In this document: in pieces, positions 11,790 through 23,600 of the stretch | Layout: each line of letters starts with the position of its first letter | How positions within the stretch are numbered: position 1 is the stretch's first letter | NCBI RefSeq assembly: GCF_036365525.1 | Contig: NC_090375.1 | Coordinates: 196,953,631 to 197,017,630, forward strand | Reading direction: 5' to 3' | Length of the DNA stretch: 64,000 nucleotides | Source: Heterodontus francisci | Lineage: Eukaryota | Program-made: the position numbers and the translations under genes | The notes under the pieces: model-generated | Seen by the model: only the letters and a program-made list of their open reading frames with translations | Databases searched by the model: none | Told to the model about the DNA's origin: nothing

Positions 11790-12046
11790 TGTTGTATGAT
11801 CGCTTCAAGAATGTTGTCCCTTTAAGAACTCAGTATGCTAGTGAGCTAATTACCAGGATGTAGTCTTATGACTAGAAGCCATAGTCACTCTGCAACTGTA
11901 ACACCCTACCCAATGGTTCTGTATATAGTTTGCTCTGTACTGTATATGCTAATTTGGCGGTTAATAAACCCTTCTGAGATCATCAAGGAACTGGAATCCA
12001 TATACCTCATTGTGTTGCTTAAGATAACATGAAGAATCTCATAACA
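11790..12046 (+). repeat. 3' LTR
   Basis: tgttgtatg...ctcataaca (TG...CA ends); AATAAA at 11963-11968; colinear with the 5' LTR. Confidence 0.92.
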
Positions 12047-12358
12047 AAAGGCTTTAAGTAAAAACTTTGAGGAAGTTGTTACAAAAGCACACAAAAAAAT
12101 CATTGGGTAATGATATTGAGTAATATGTGTCTTTCTATATGTTTTATTAAGTTTTAAAACCTTATCTTGGATATTATAAATTTCAGTTACTGTTTTCTTT
12201 TGCCCAAAACACAGTTCTAGTGCTTTGATAACAAACTGTGACAAGCAACTGTATACATTGGAAATCCCCATTATTTTTTTCATAGACAGGCACCATCTCA
12301 ATTGTTAAAGGAGTGATGCAACTGATTCTGTTTCTGTTTTCTGGTGTGCTTGACACAG

Positions 12359-12510
12359 GGATCAGCATCGTCCCATTCCTCGACAAACAGCTCAACCATA
12401 AACCTGGTTGGATGGCTCTTATTCCCAACAATGAGACCTTTAATTGGCATTTCGAGGATGTGGATTATATCAGCAACATCTCGTATACAGCCACATTCTA
12501 TCACTTTAAG
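12359..12510 (+). CDS. PKHD1L1: PKHD1L1 exon
   Basis: gacacag|GG...TTTAAG|gtactt. GISIVPFLDKQLNHKPGWMALIP...TATFYHFK. Confidence 0.9.
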
Positions 12511-13092
12511 GTACTTGCGAGTCTTTATTAAAAGGAGAGTGCAACATCAGCAGGTGAAGGATTGTATGCAACACCTACTTATACATGTTCCACAGGTATT
12601 TTGTTTACCAACTAAAATTCTCATCCTCATTTTCAAATCCCTTCTTAGCCTCTCCCCTCCCTACCTCCGTAACCTGCTCCTGCCTTACGACTCTCCGAGA
12701 TTTCTACACTCCTCCAATTCTGGCATCTTGAGAATCCCAGATTTCCATCATTCCTCTTTGGTGGCCGTAGCTTCAGCTGCCTGGGGGCTAAGCTCTGGAA
12801 TTCCCTCCCTAAACTTCTCCGCCTCGCTACCCCTCTGTCCCCCTTTAAGACACTCCTTAAAAACCGACCTCTTTGACCAAGCATTTGGTCACCTGTCCTA
12901 ATATCTCCTTTTGAGCATCAGCTGAGCATCCAATTTCAATGCAAGGTGACAGCTATGACTCAGTGGCTAGCACTGTTACCTTGGGTCAGTTGAAGGTTCA
13001 CAGTACTGCTTCAGAGACTTTGATTACCTTGTCAGAGTCAGAACTGTAAAGTCCTTGGGCTCAGTCGAGACCCAGACTTTCAATAAAAGACC

Positions 13093-13811
13093 ATGGCCAG
13101 GATTTTACGTTAGGGCAGAGGGCCCCGCCTACCAGCTTAATTGTCGGATGGGGAGGTGAGCCTGCCTCTGACGGGCCTGGGAGCCACACAGAGATTTTAA
13201 TTGGACTCAGGCGGGACTTCCACCCCTCTGAGGCAGGAAGTCCCGCCGCTAGGAGCTGCCAGCCAATCAGGGGACTAGCAGCTTCTTAGTCCCAGCAGCA
13301 CCACTGAAGGTGGTGGCCACTCCTGGGATTGCACCCAGCTTCAGCAGGATTGTGGGCGCCGGCACCGACAAAGGAAAGTCCCCTTGCCGGGGACAATCAG
13401 TCCAATCCAGGCGAGGCGAGAGGGAGGGGAATGTAGTGCAGTGGGGGTGGCATGTGCTGTGGGGGGGGGCCCTCTGTGGGGAACAGGGTGCCTGATCAGG
13501 AGGGCTCCCCATCCCAGCCTGTAGAGACGCTGCCAGGTTTTACTGGGAGACCTCCTGGGGGTCCTGGGCTGCCTGCCCCCTGCTGCTAATATACCAGTGA
13601 TGATGGGAGGAGGCCCTTCAGTTGCAGTTAATTGGTCACTTAAGGGGCTTAATTGGCCTGGGGTGGGTGGATCATTTCTTGCCAACGCCACTTGTAAAAT
13701 TGCAGCGAGGTGGGAAGGCAACGCGAACAGCAAATCCCGCCTCCTACTTAATATTACCCCCCGTCTCACCTCCAGCCCGCTCCTGTGGGGGGGCGTAGAA
13801 TTCTGGCCCAT
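13093..13811. mobile_element. GC-rich TIR-bounded non-autonomous element (MITE-like)
   Basis: Left end atggccaggattttacg and right end cgtagaattctggcccat are imperfect inverted repeats. No coding capacity; related to elements at 28955, 42397 and 56295. Confidence 0.65.
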
Positions 13812-14010
13812 GTGCCCAGTGAGCTGAGAGCTACTGGCTTCCACAGTGGACAGATGTTGGCACCGTTGGAGCCACCCACCAAGAAATCCCACTGAAGAGA
13901 TGGATCGACCTCCTTTCCAAGGGTCAGAGGGAATAATCACGGGGTCGAGGTTGGGGATCCTGGGTAACCAGCCACCAAGGGCAGGCAGCTGCCAAAGGTG
14001 TGCCTACCTG

Positions 14011-16110
14011 TAATAAAAACAAGAAATTCTGGAAATACTCAACTCTGCTTCTCTCTCCACAGATGCTAACGTTTCAGGTCAATGACCCTTCTTCAGAACT
14101 GGCACATATTAGAAATGTGAAAGGTTTTAAGCAAGTAAAGCAGGGATGTGGCAAGAGATAACAAAGGAGAAGGTGCAGATAGGACAAGGTCACAGAGAAT
14201 AGCTGACCCGAAGGTCATGGAGCAAAGGCAAACAATCTGTTAATGGTGTGTTGAAAGACAAAGCATGAGTACAGATAGGGTGTTTACAGACTGAAAGCTG
14301 AACAGCCACAAGTAGAAACATGAAATAAAACAGTGAGTAGGCAAACTGAACAAACTAAGATGAAATAAAATAAACAAAAAAAATATAAAAAAGAAAAAAG
14401 AAAAAATAACTAAAAATAAAAGTAAAATGGGGGGCCCGTCATGCTCTGAAATTATTGAACTCAGTGTTCAGTCCAGCAGGCTGTAGTGTGCCTAATCGGT
14501 ACACTAATGTTCACTGGAACACTGCAGCAATCCCAGGACAGAGATGTGAGCATGAGAGCAGAGGGGAGTGTTGAAATGGCCAGCAACCAGAAGCTCAGGG
14601 TCATGCTTTCGGACTGAGCGGAGGTGTTCCGCAAAGCAGCCACCCAGTCTGAGTTTGGTCTCCCCAGTGTAGCGACCACATTGTGAGCAGCGAATACAGT
14701 ATACTAAATTGAAAGAAGTACTGCTTCACCTGAAAGGAGTGTTTGGGGCCTTGGATAGTGTGGAGAGAGGAAGTAAATAGGCAGGTATTACACCTCCTGC
14801 GATTGCAGGGGAAGGTGCTGTGGGAAGGGGACGAGGTGGTGGGGGTAATGGATGAGTGGACCAGGGTGTCGTGGAAGGAACGATCCCTTCAGAGTTCTGA
14901 CAGGGGAAGGGAGGGGAAGATGTGTTTGGTCGTGGCATCACGCTGGAGGTGGCGGAAATGGCGGAGGATGATCCTTTGGATATGGAGGCTGGTGGGGTGG
15001 AAAGTGAGGACAAGGGGAACCCTGTCGCTGTTCTGGGAGGGAGGGGAAGGCGTGAGGGTAGAGGTGTGGGAAATGGGCCGGACACGGTTGATGGCCCTGT
15101 CAACCACAGTGGAGGGGAAATCCTCGGTTGAGGAAAAAGGAAGACATATCAGAAGCAAGGTCATGGAAGGTAGCATCATCAGAGCAGATGCGTCGGAGAC
15201 GGAGAAACTGGGAGAATGGAATGGAGTCCTTACAGGATGCAGGGTGTGAAGAAGTGTAGTCGAGGTAGCTGTGGGAGTCAGTGGGCTTATAATGGATATT
15301 AGTAGACAACCTATCCCCAGAGATGGAGACAGAGAAGTCGAGGAAGGGAAGGGAAGTGTTGGAGATGGACTATGTAAAGGTGAGAGAAGGGTGGAAATTA
15401 GTAGCAAAGTTGATAAAGTTTTCCAGTTTGGGGCGAGAGCAGGAAACAGCACCGATACAGTCATCAATGTACCGGAAAAAGAGTTGGGGGAGGGGGCCTG
15501 AGTAGGACTGAAACGAGGAATGTTCAACATATCCCACAAAAAGACAGGCATAACTAGGACCCATGCGGGTACCCATAGCAACACCTTTTACTTAAAGGAA
15601 GTGAATGGAGTTGAAGGAGAAGTTGTTCAATGTGAGGACAAGTTCAGCCAGGCGGAGGAGGGTGGTGGTGGATGGGGACTGTTTGGGCCTCTGTTCAAGG
15701 AAGAAGCAGAGAGCCCTCAAACCATCCTGGTTGGGGCTGGAGGTGTAGAGAGATTGGACAGTCCTGTTTGTGGATTTTGGGAAGGAGGTAGAATGCCCGG
15801 GGTTGCGAGACTGAGATTGGAAGCTGTAGAGGGTAGCTCTCCAGAGGAGGTGAGGTCAGTGACAGTCCTGTGGACAATCGCTTGATGGTCGGTGGTGGGG
15901 TCCTGGTCCAGAGGGAGGTAGGAAGAAGTGTCTGAGAGTTGGCGCTGAGCCTCTACAAGGTAGAGGTCGGTACGCCAGAAAACAAGAGCACCACCATTGT
16001 CTGCAGGTTTGATGACCATGTCGGGGTTAGACCTGAGGGAACAGAGTGCCTCAAGTTCAGAGGAGGACAGGTTAGAGTGAGTGAGGGGGGCAGAGAAATT
16101 GAGTCTACCT
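14011..16110 (-). mobile_element. Penelope-like retroelement (RT + GIY-YIG endonuclease), degraded
   Basis: Minus-strand fragments: VIKPADNGG, MGTRMGPSYACLFVG, FFRYIDD, YKPTDSHSYLDYTSSHP..KDSIPFSQFLRLRRICS and GIY-YIG-like YCIRCSQCG.YTGETKLRL..FAEHLRSVR (about 14610-14705). Terminal repeat at 14011-14100. Confidence 0.9.
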
Positions 16111-16773
16111 GTCCCCTGGTAGTGAGGAGCCCTCCCACTAACCCTACAAACATTGATGTGGTGGTTGCTGGAGATCTAATCACCTTTATCATGGATTTTC
16201 AGCCCCATAATCATTTCCACTTGTTTGTTGGTGGGCAGGAGCCAATGAGGGAAGAATGTGGGTTCAGAGAGGCTCCACATTGGTGTCATTCAATTATACT
16301 TTTGGTGTAACTAAAATGACTTCATTGCATGTTTTTAAACAAACATGTTTCCATATATTTGGGGCCCATTTAATAACTATCACATTGAAAAGTGCAGATG
16401 AACAGCTGAGGCCCTCCGTTACTGGCGAGAGCAGAGGGGATAAATTATGCAGCAGTGTTCAGCTGGTACCATGCTCAAGTTTGAAAAGTCCCTTCGCCTC
16501 AGGAGAGAAGGATGGGAGAAGAACGACTGAAAAGAGGAGAGGGATTGGGGGGGGAGGGGGGAATGAGAGGTGAGCAGGGGGTGGAGGAGGAGACAGATGA
16601 GGAGCGGGGAGAGGAAGGGAAGAGGGGAAAGGAGGGGATAAGAGAGGAGGAGAAGGATATGAGGAGAGGAAAGAGGAGAGGAGGTAAGGAGAGGGGAGTT
16701 CTACTATTTTGAAGTCCGAGGAAAGAATGTTCAAGTTTTGGTTGCTGAAGGTTCTGTTTTCTTTCCCTTGTAG

Positions 16774-16936
16774 GCCAATGACAATGTTATAATATCCCAC
16801 AATTTCACTCAACGTCCAGACCATTTCCAGATCACCAACTCGGATCGAAATGGTTCACTCCAGCCTCTCAGCTGGACCAGCAACGTGAATGGTGACTGGT
16901 ACTTTAACCAGGAGAATTTGACCTTGTATTACCTGG
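16774..16936 (+). CDS. PKHD1L1: PKHD1L1 exon
   Basis: ttcccttgtag|GCC...CTGG|gtaaga. ANDNVIISHNFTQRPD...NGDWYFNQENLTLYYL. Confidence 0.9.
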
Positions 16937-17054
16937 GTAAGACTGGCTACTGTGCTCAGCAGCAAAACAATGACTGCACTTCACATCAAAAGCCATTAGG
17001 TTTGAAGGACCTTGTGGGGGGAGGAGGTGAGCTCAGATTCTCGGGGAGTGGGTG

Positions 17055-17385
17055 GCAGAGTCTGGACTCTGAGTCAGTGAGGAGTCTGGATTCTCGAGGG
17101 AGTGTGTGGTGGGGGAGAGTCTGGACTCTCGGGGTGGGAGGGAGTCTGGACTCTTGGGGGAGTGTGTGGTGGGGGAGAGTCTGGACTCTCGGGGTGGGAG
17201 GGAGTCTGGACTCTTGGGGGAGTGTGTGGTGGGGGAGAGTCTGGACTCTTGGGGGAGTGTGTGGTGGGGGAGAGTCTGGACTCTCGGGGTGGGAGGGAGT
17301 CTGGATTCTCAGGGGAGTGTGTGGTGGGGGAGAGTCTGGACTCAGGCTAGGGGGGAGGGGTGAGTCTGGACTTCACGGGGAATGG
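17055..17385. repeat. G-rich compound minisatellite (alternating ~35 and ~25 bp units)
   Basis: Repeats of gagtctggactct...gggagtgtgtggtgggggagag; a 60-bp period is visible at 17101-17250. Confidence 0.85.
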
Positions 17386-17920
17386 AGATGAACTGGATTC
17401 TGGCAGTGGGGGAGACCAGATTTCCAGGGAGGCCAGATTCCCGGGGAGGGCTCCTAATGTGGATTCAAGTTTGCATTGGGAATGCAAACTCGGAAAATGA
17501 CCTTGTCTAATCTGCTTAGGCCAGACTATTGGTTTACAGGAACCTAATGATTTTTTAATAAGTTTCCCATTTTCCAGTAGGTACTTTTTCCGACAGTAAC
17601 ATTGTGCCTTTTCCTTTATTCTGGAATTGTGTCCGGGCTGTCTAATCCTTGGTGTCAGCCTGCTCAGCCATGCATTACCCAGTTGGCCACCTGGGGAACG
17701 TCAAAGGTTGTGCAGTGGCGCACACACACTCAATCCATTTCAAACAATCAAAGGAGAGCGAACAGGCATGGATTCATGTTTAAAAAATTCTGTTTTGATA
17801 CTCACATAAAATGTCATTTGTTTTGTCTTCCTGTTTCTCTTTCACTCCCATCATGTTGCTGTCTGGTCTCCTTGTTGGTAAAATGTCACCAGTTCCTGAT
17901 ATAATTCAATGACATTCCAG

Positions 17921-18074
17921 TTTCAGGAAGGGGCGATCCACAAGTGCCAAGCCTCGACCCAATGATGATTGACGTAAATGTTTATTTCCGTGTCTTCCGC
18001 TGCTTTTTCCAAAACTGTGTACGGCCTCCCAGATCAACAGTGCCCTCAATGATGAGTACACCTGCTGAATATGA
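17921..18074 (+). CDS. PKHD1L1: PKHD1L1 exon
   Basis: attccag|TT...TATGA|gtaaga. VSGRGDPQVPSLDPMMIDVNVYFRVFRCFFQNCVRPP...; phases match both neighbours (1 in, 2 out). Confidence 0.82.
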
Positions 18075-18601
18075 GTAAGACATTACATTGAGTAAAGACT
18101 GGCAAGGACAGAGAGGAGATGATTAACATTCAAAAAGAAAACTCTCAACTGGTTGTTGCAACCGATTCACAGAATCTCAGAGACCAGGAGGAGGCCATTC
18201 TGTCCATCATGCCTGTGCCTGCTCTTTGAAGGAGCTATCCCATTAATCTTATTCTCCTTGCTCTTTCCCCCACAGCCCTGCAATTGGTTTCTTTTCAACT
18301 ATTCAATTCTCTTTTGAAAGTTACTACTGAATCTGCTTCCACCGCCCTTTCAGGCAGCACATTCCAAATCACAACAACTCACTGCGTAAAAACAAATCTC
18401 CTCATCTCCCCTCTGATTCTTTTACCAATTATCTAAAATTTGTGAACCTCTGATTACCTCCCAACAGAATATATATGTGTGTATATATATCCATATATTA
18501 TTTATATCTAATTTCAATATCTTTGCATTCACCTTACTTGATATTTACCCCTCAATTAGCGCAAGGAGCCAAACTCATTCTTGAAAATGTTTGCTTTCCA
18601 G

Positions 18602-18690
18602 CGTGTGGTCGAACTCCTCTTTCTGGAACTCCTCACCAGAAAACAACTACACGGTTCCTGCTGAAGGTGACAGCGTGGTGATCCCACTAG
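18602..18690 (+). CDS. PKHD1L1: PKHD1L1 exon (start of a G8-like domain)
   Basis: ttgctttccag|C...CTAG|gtactg. VWSNSSFWNSSPENNYTVPAEGDSVVIPL. Confidence 0.9.
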
Positions 18691-18961
18691 GTACTGTGTG
18701 ATAACAAAACCAACCAACTTCCCTAAACCGCGAGGGCACTCCAAACCATTGCACGCACCAATCTGCAGCGACTTCTCCAAATGTGAAGCTGGTCCCCCAA
18801 GTGATATTGTTGCATTCTCTGATGTCCGATTGGGATACTTTCGTTCTTTATAAAGACACGCCCTGCACATGTGCACCAAGCATTTTGGGACAATTCTGAG
18901 GGAATTCATTAGGCAAAGTTCAGCTTCTATCTAAAGAAAGATTTTTATTAAGATTAATTTA

Positions 18962-19292
18962 GGGTGGCGCAGTGGTTAGCACCGCAGCCTCACAGCTCCA
19001 GTGACCCGGGTTCAATTCTGGGTACTGCCTGTGTGGAGTTTGCAAGTTCTCCCTGTGACCGTGTGGGTTTTCGTCGGGTGCTCTGATTTCTTCCCACAGC
19101 CAAAGACTTGCAGGTTGACAGGTAAATTGGCCATTGTAAATTGCCCCTAGTGTAGGTAGGTGGTAGGGGAATCTTGGGACAGGTAGGAATATGGGATTAG
19201 TATAAATGGGTGGTTGATGGTCGGCACAGACTCGGTGGGCCGAAGGGCCTGTTTCAGTGCTGTATCTCTAAATAAATAAATATAAATAAATA
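18962..19292 (+). mobile_element. HE1-like tRNA-derived V-SINE
   Basis: tRNA-like head ggtggcgcagtggttagcacc...ccgggttcaattc; V-domain-like tgtgtggagtttgcaagttctccctgtgaccgtgtgggtttt; LINE-derived tail gggccgaagggcctgtttcagtgctgtatctct(aaat)n. Confidence 0.85.
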
Positions 19293-19404
19293 AAGTTTTG
19301 CAAACAATTTGCGAATCTCAGCAGTTGTAAGTGCACTGCTGCCAAGAGTCCCACAACCACAAAGTTTGTATAATTTGGGCATGTCTATTTGGGTGATCCA
19401 AAAG

Positions 19405-19840
19405 AAAGAGTTGCATTTTTATAGCACCTTTCCCAACCTCAGGGCACCCCAAAGTGCTTCACTTGATGAACTTCATGAAGCACTTTTGAAGTGCAGTCAG
19501 TATTGTAATGTAGGAAGGGTGGTAACCAATTTGTGCACAGCAAGCTCCCACAAACAGCAATGTGATAATGACCAGGTAATCATTTTTAGTGATGTTCTTT
19601 AAAGGATACCAGGGAGAACTCCCGTGCTCCTCTAATTGAATCTGTTGATCTGAGAGGGCAGACAGGGCTTCAGTTTAACATCTCATCCAAAAGACAGCAT
19701 CTCGGGCAATGCAGCACTCCCTCAGTATTGCACTGAGAATGTTGGCCTGAAATATGTGCTCAAGTCTTTGGAATGGGACTTGAACCCACAACCGTCTGAC
19801 GCCGAGGTGAAAGTGCTGTCCACTGACCCATGACTGACAC
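19405..19840 (-). mobile_element. DeuSINE-like SINE, unexpanded copy
   Basis: Reverse complement of a tRNA head (gggttcaagtcccattcca) plus cagtgcaatactgagggagtgctgcattgc...tcttttggatgagatgttaaac. Confidence 0.7.
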
Positions 19841-20186
19841 TTGAAGATGTTAAACAGTGATGGATCCCCAGGGCCCACAGCAAATGAACACTGACCCATG
19901 ACCTGGTGAAGCCTCTCAATATTCAGCCAGACTGACCATCTCCTCCTCCCAACCAAACGCCACGGTGCCATTCTCAAATCCCGCAGCTCTGTGGGGAGAG
20001 TGCCCTCGTCGTACCAACTACTGGCATGCTTCCCACGTCAGGTGTATCTGTGACACCGTCACCAGCATTTGGAGCAGGGTCAAGGTGGCTGGAGAAAGGC
20101 CTGTGCTCTGGGCATTTTTGTCAAAAAGGAAAAAGGTTGGTTGATTAAACTCTAATTGTTCATGTTTACACAAATTATTCCTGCAG

Positions 20187-20338
20187 GAGTCTGGCTGGTG
20201 GTGGACTCCCCGATTCCTCCATTGTATAATCTTACCATCTTTGGCATCTTAGAAATTAAGGATGACAATTTAGTGTTGGGCAATCAATCATCGTCCTTCA
20301 TGAACATTGTCCTGGATGCAACTTACATATCAATTCAG
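20187..20338 (+). CDS. PKHD1L1: PKHD1L1 exon
   Basis: ttcctgcag|GA...TTCAG|gtaaag. GVWLVVDSPIPPLYNLTIFGILEI...VLDATYISIQ. Confidence 0.9.
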
Positions 20339-20659
20339 GTAAAGTGCCATTGTGACCAGATATCTGAACTGTGTAAGAGAGGATTGAGAAGTGAGGGCTA
20401 GTTTCACCAGATGAGGAGGTTGAGGGTTAACCTGTTGGAGGTCTTCAAGGTGATGTTGAGTTACAATGAGTTAAACAATGATTGAATATTTTCACTGGTC
20501 TGTAACGAGAAGGCAGGAATTTAACATAATCACTAAAACTGAAGGGGAAGTCGGAAAAGCTCTCTTTGCACAAGGGGTGGTTAGAATGTGAATTCTGTGC
20601 CAGGAACTGTTGTTGAAGCGGATTCTGCAATAAAATGAAATTACAGTTCCTTAATAAAG

Positions 20660-23600
20660 AGGAATATTGAACAGTATGGAGAGTGAGCAGCAGAGTAAGA
20701 TTAGACTGGGTGGGATATTAAATAGTACAGGGAGTGAGCAGGAAAGTGGGATTAGACTGGGTGGGATATTAAATGTTACAGGGAGTGAGCAGGAGAGTGG
20801 GATTAGACTGGGTGGGATATTAAATGTTACAGGGAGTGAGCAGGAGAGTGGGATTAGACTGGGTGGAATATGGAAGGGTGCAGGGAGTGAGCAGGGCAAT
20901 GAGATTTGACTGGGTGGGATATTAAGGGGTGCAGGGAGTGAGCAGGGCAGTGAGATTTGACTGGGTGGGATATTAAATGTTACAGGGAGTGAGCAGGAGA
21001 GTGGGATATTAAAGGTGCAGGAAGTGAACAGAAGAGTGGGATTAGACTGGGTGGGATATTAAAGGGTACAGGGAGTGAGCAGGAGAGTGGGATATTAAAG
21101 GTGCAGGAAGTGAACAGAAGAGTGGGATTAGACTGGGTGGGATATTAAAGGGTACAGGGAGTGAGCAGGAGAGTGGGATATTAAAGGTGCAGGAAGTGAA
21201 CAGAAGAGTAGGATTAGACTGGCTGAGATATGTACAGGGAGTGAGCAGGAGAGTGGGATTAGACTGGGTGGGATATTAAATGTTACAGGGAGTGAGCAGG
21301 AAAGTGGGATTAGACTGGGTAGGATATTAAATGTTACAGGGAGTGAGCAGGAAAGTGGGATTCTGGGTGGGATATTAAATGTTACAGGGAGTGAGCAGGA
21401 AAGTGGGATTAGACTGCGTGGGATATTAAATGTTACAGGGAGTGAGCAGGAAAGTGGGATTAGACTGGGTGGGATATTAAATGTTACAGGGAGTGAGCAG
21501 GAAAGTGGGATTCTGGGTGGGATATTAAATGTTACAGGGAGTGAGCAGGAAAGTGGGATTAGACTGGGTGGGATATTAAATGTTACAGTGAGTGAGCAGG
21601 AGAGTGAGATTAGACTGGGTGGGATATTAAATGTTACAGGGAGTGAGCAGGAGAGTGGGATTAGACTGGGTGGAATATGGAAGGGTGCAGGGAGTGAGCA
21701 GGGCAGTGAGATTTGACTGGGTGGGATATTAAAGGATATGGGAAGCAAGAGGGAGAGTAGGATTAGACTGGCTGAGATATGTACAGGAGTGGGATTAGAC
21801 TGGGTGGGATATTAAATGGTACAGGGAGTGAGCAGGAGAGTGAGATTAGACTGGGTGGGATATTAAATGGTACTGGGAGTGAGCAGGAGAGTGGGATTAG
21901 ACTGGGTGGGATATTAAATGGTACAGGGAGTGAGCAGGAGTGTGGGATTAGACTGGGTGGGGTATTAAAAGGTACAGCGAGTGAGCAGGAGAGTGATATT
22001 AGACTGGGTGGGATATTAAATGGTACAGGGAGTGAGTGGGATTAGACTGGGTGGGATATTAAATGGTACAGGGAGTGAGCAGGAGTGTGGGATTAGACTG
22101 GGTGGGGTATTAAAAGGTACAGCGAGTGAGCAGGAGAGTGATATTAGACTGGGTGGGATATTAAATGGTACAGGGAGTGAGTGGGATTAGACTGGGTGGG
22201 ATATTAAATGGTACAGGGAGTGAGCAGGAGTGTGGGATTAGACTGGGTGGGATATTAAAAGGTACTGGGAGTGAGCAGGAGTGTGGGATTAGACTGGGTG
22301 GGATATTAAATGGTACTGGGAGTGAGCAGGAGAGTGGGATTAGACTGGGTGGGATATTAAAAGGTACTGGGAGTGAGCAGGAGTGTGGGATTAGACTGGG
22401 TGGGGTATTAAATGGTACTGGGAGTGAGCAGGAGAGTGAGATTAGACTGGGTGGGATATTAAATGGTACTGGGAGTGAGCAGGAGTGTGGGATTAGACTG
22501 GGTGGGATATTAAATGGTACTGGGAGTGAGCAGGAGAGTGAGATTAGACTGGGTGGGATATTAAATGGTACTGGGAGTGAGCAGGAGTGTGGGATTAGAC
22601 TGGGTGGGATATTAAATGGTACTGGGAGTGAGCAGGAGTGTGGGATTAGACTGGGTGGGATATTAAATGGTACAGGGAGTGAGCAGGAGAGTGAGATTAG
22701 ACTGGGTGGAATATTAAATGGTACTGGGAGTGAGCAGGAGAGTGGGATTAGACTGGGTGGGATATTAAATGGTACTGGGAGTGAGCAGGAGTGTGGGATT
22801 AGACTGGGTGGGATATTAAATGGTACTGGGAGTGAGCAGGAGAGTGGGATTAGACTGGGTGGGATATTAAATGGTACAGGGAGTGAGCAGGAGAGTGAGA
22901 TTAGACTGGGTGGAATATTAAATGGTACTGGGAGTGAGCAGGAGAGTGGGATTAGACTGGGTGGGATATTAAATGGTACTGGGAGTGAGCAGGAGTGTGG
23001 GATTAGACTGGGTGGGATATTAAATGGTACTGGGAGTGAGCAGGAGAGTGGGATTAGACTGGGTGGGATATTAAATGGTACTGGGAGTGAGCAGGAGAGT
23101 GGGATTAGACTGGGTGGGATATTAAATGGTACTGGGAGTGAGCAGGAGAGTGGGATTAGACTGGGTGGGATATTAAATGGTACTGGGAGTGAGCAGGAGA
23201 GTGGGATTAGACTGGGTGGGATATTAAATGGTACAGGGAGTGAGCAGGAGAGTGGGATTAGACTGGGTGGGATATTAAATGGTACAGCGAGTGAGCAGGA
23301 GAGTGGGATTAGACTGGGTGGGATATTAAATGGTACAGGGAGTGAGCAGGAGTGTGGGATTAGACTGGGTGGGATATTAAATGGTACAGCGAGTGAGCGG
23401 GAGAGTGGGATTAGACTGGGTGGGATATTAAATGGTACTGGGAGTGAGCAGGAGTGTGGGATTAGACTGGGTGGGATATTAAATGGTACAGGGAGTGAGC
23501 AGGAGAGTGGGATTAGACTGGGTGGGATATTAAATGGTACAGGGACTGAGCAGGAGTGTGGGATTAGACTGGGTGGGATATTAAATGGTACTGGGAGTGA

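Larger units (their letters stand above)
8152..12046 (+). mobile_element. Non-autonomous Ty3/Gypsy-like LTR retrotransposon carrying a captured myc fragment
   Basis: Two LTRs (8152-8398 and 11790-12046), PBS, PPT, gag with zinc knuckles and a DTGA protease. No RT/RNaseH/IN core; Myc-like sequence sits at about 10840-11540. Confidence 0.92.

Noticed and set aside
8147-12051. Target-site duplication for the myc LTR element
   Set aside because: The flanks cctga and aaagg do not match, so no TSD is claimed.
18962-19035. tRNA gene
   Set aside because: The A/B-box head continues into SINE body and tail sequence; there is no complete cloverleaf.
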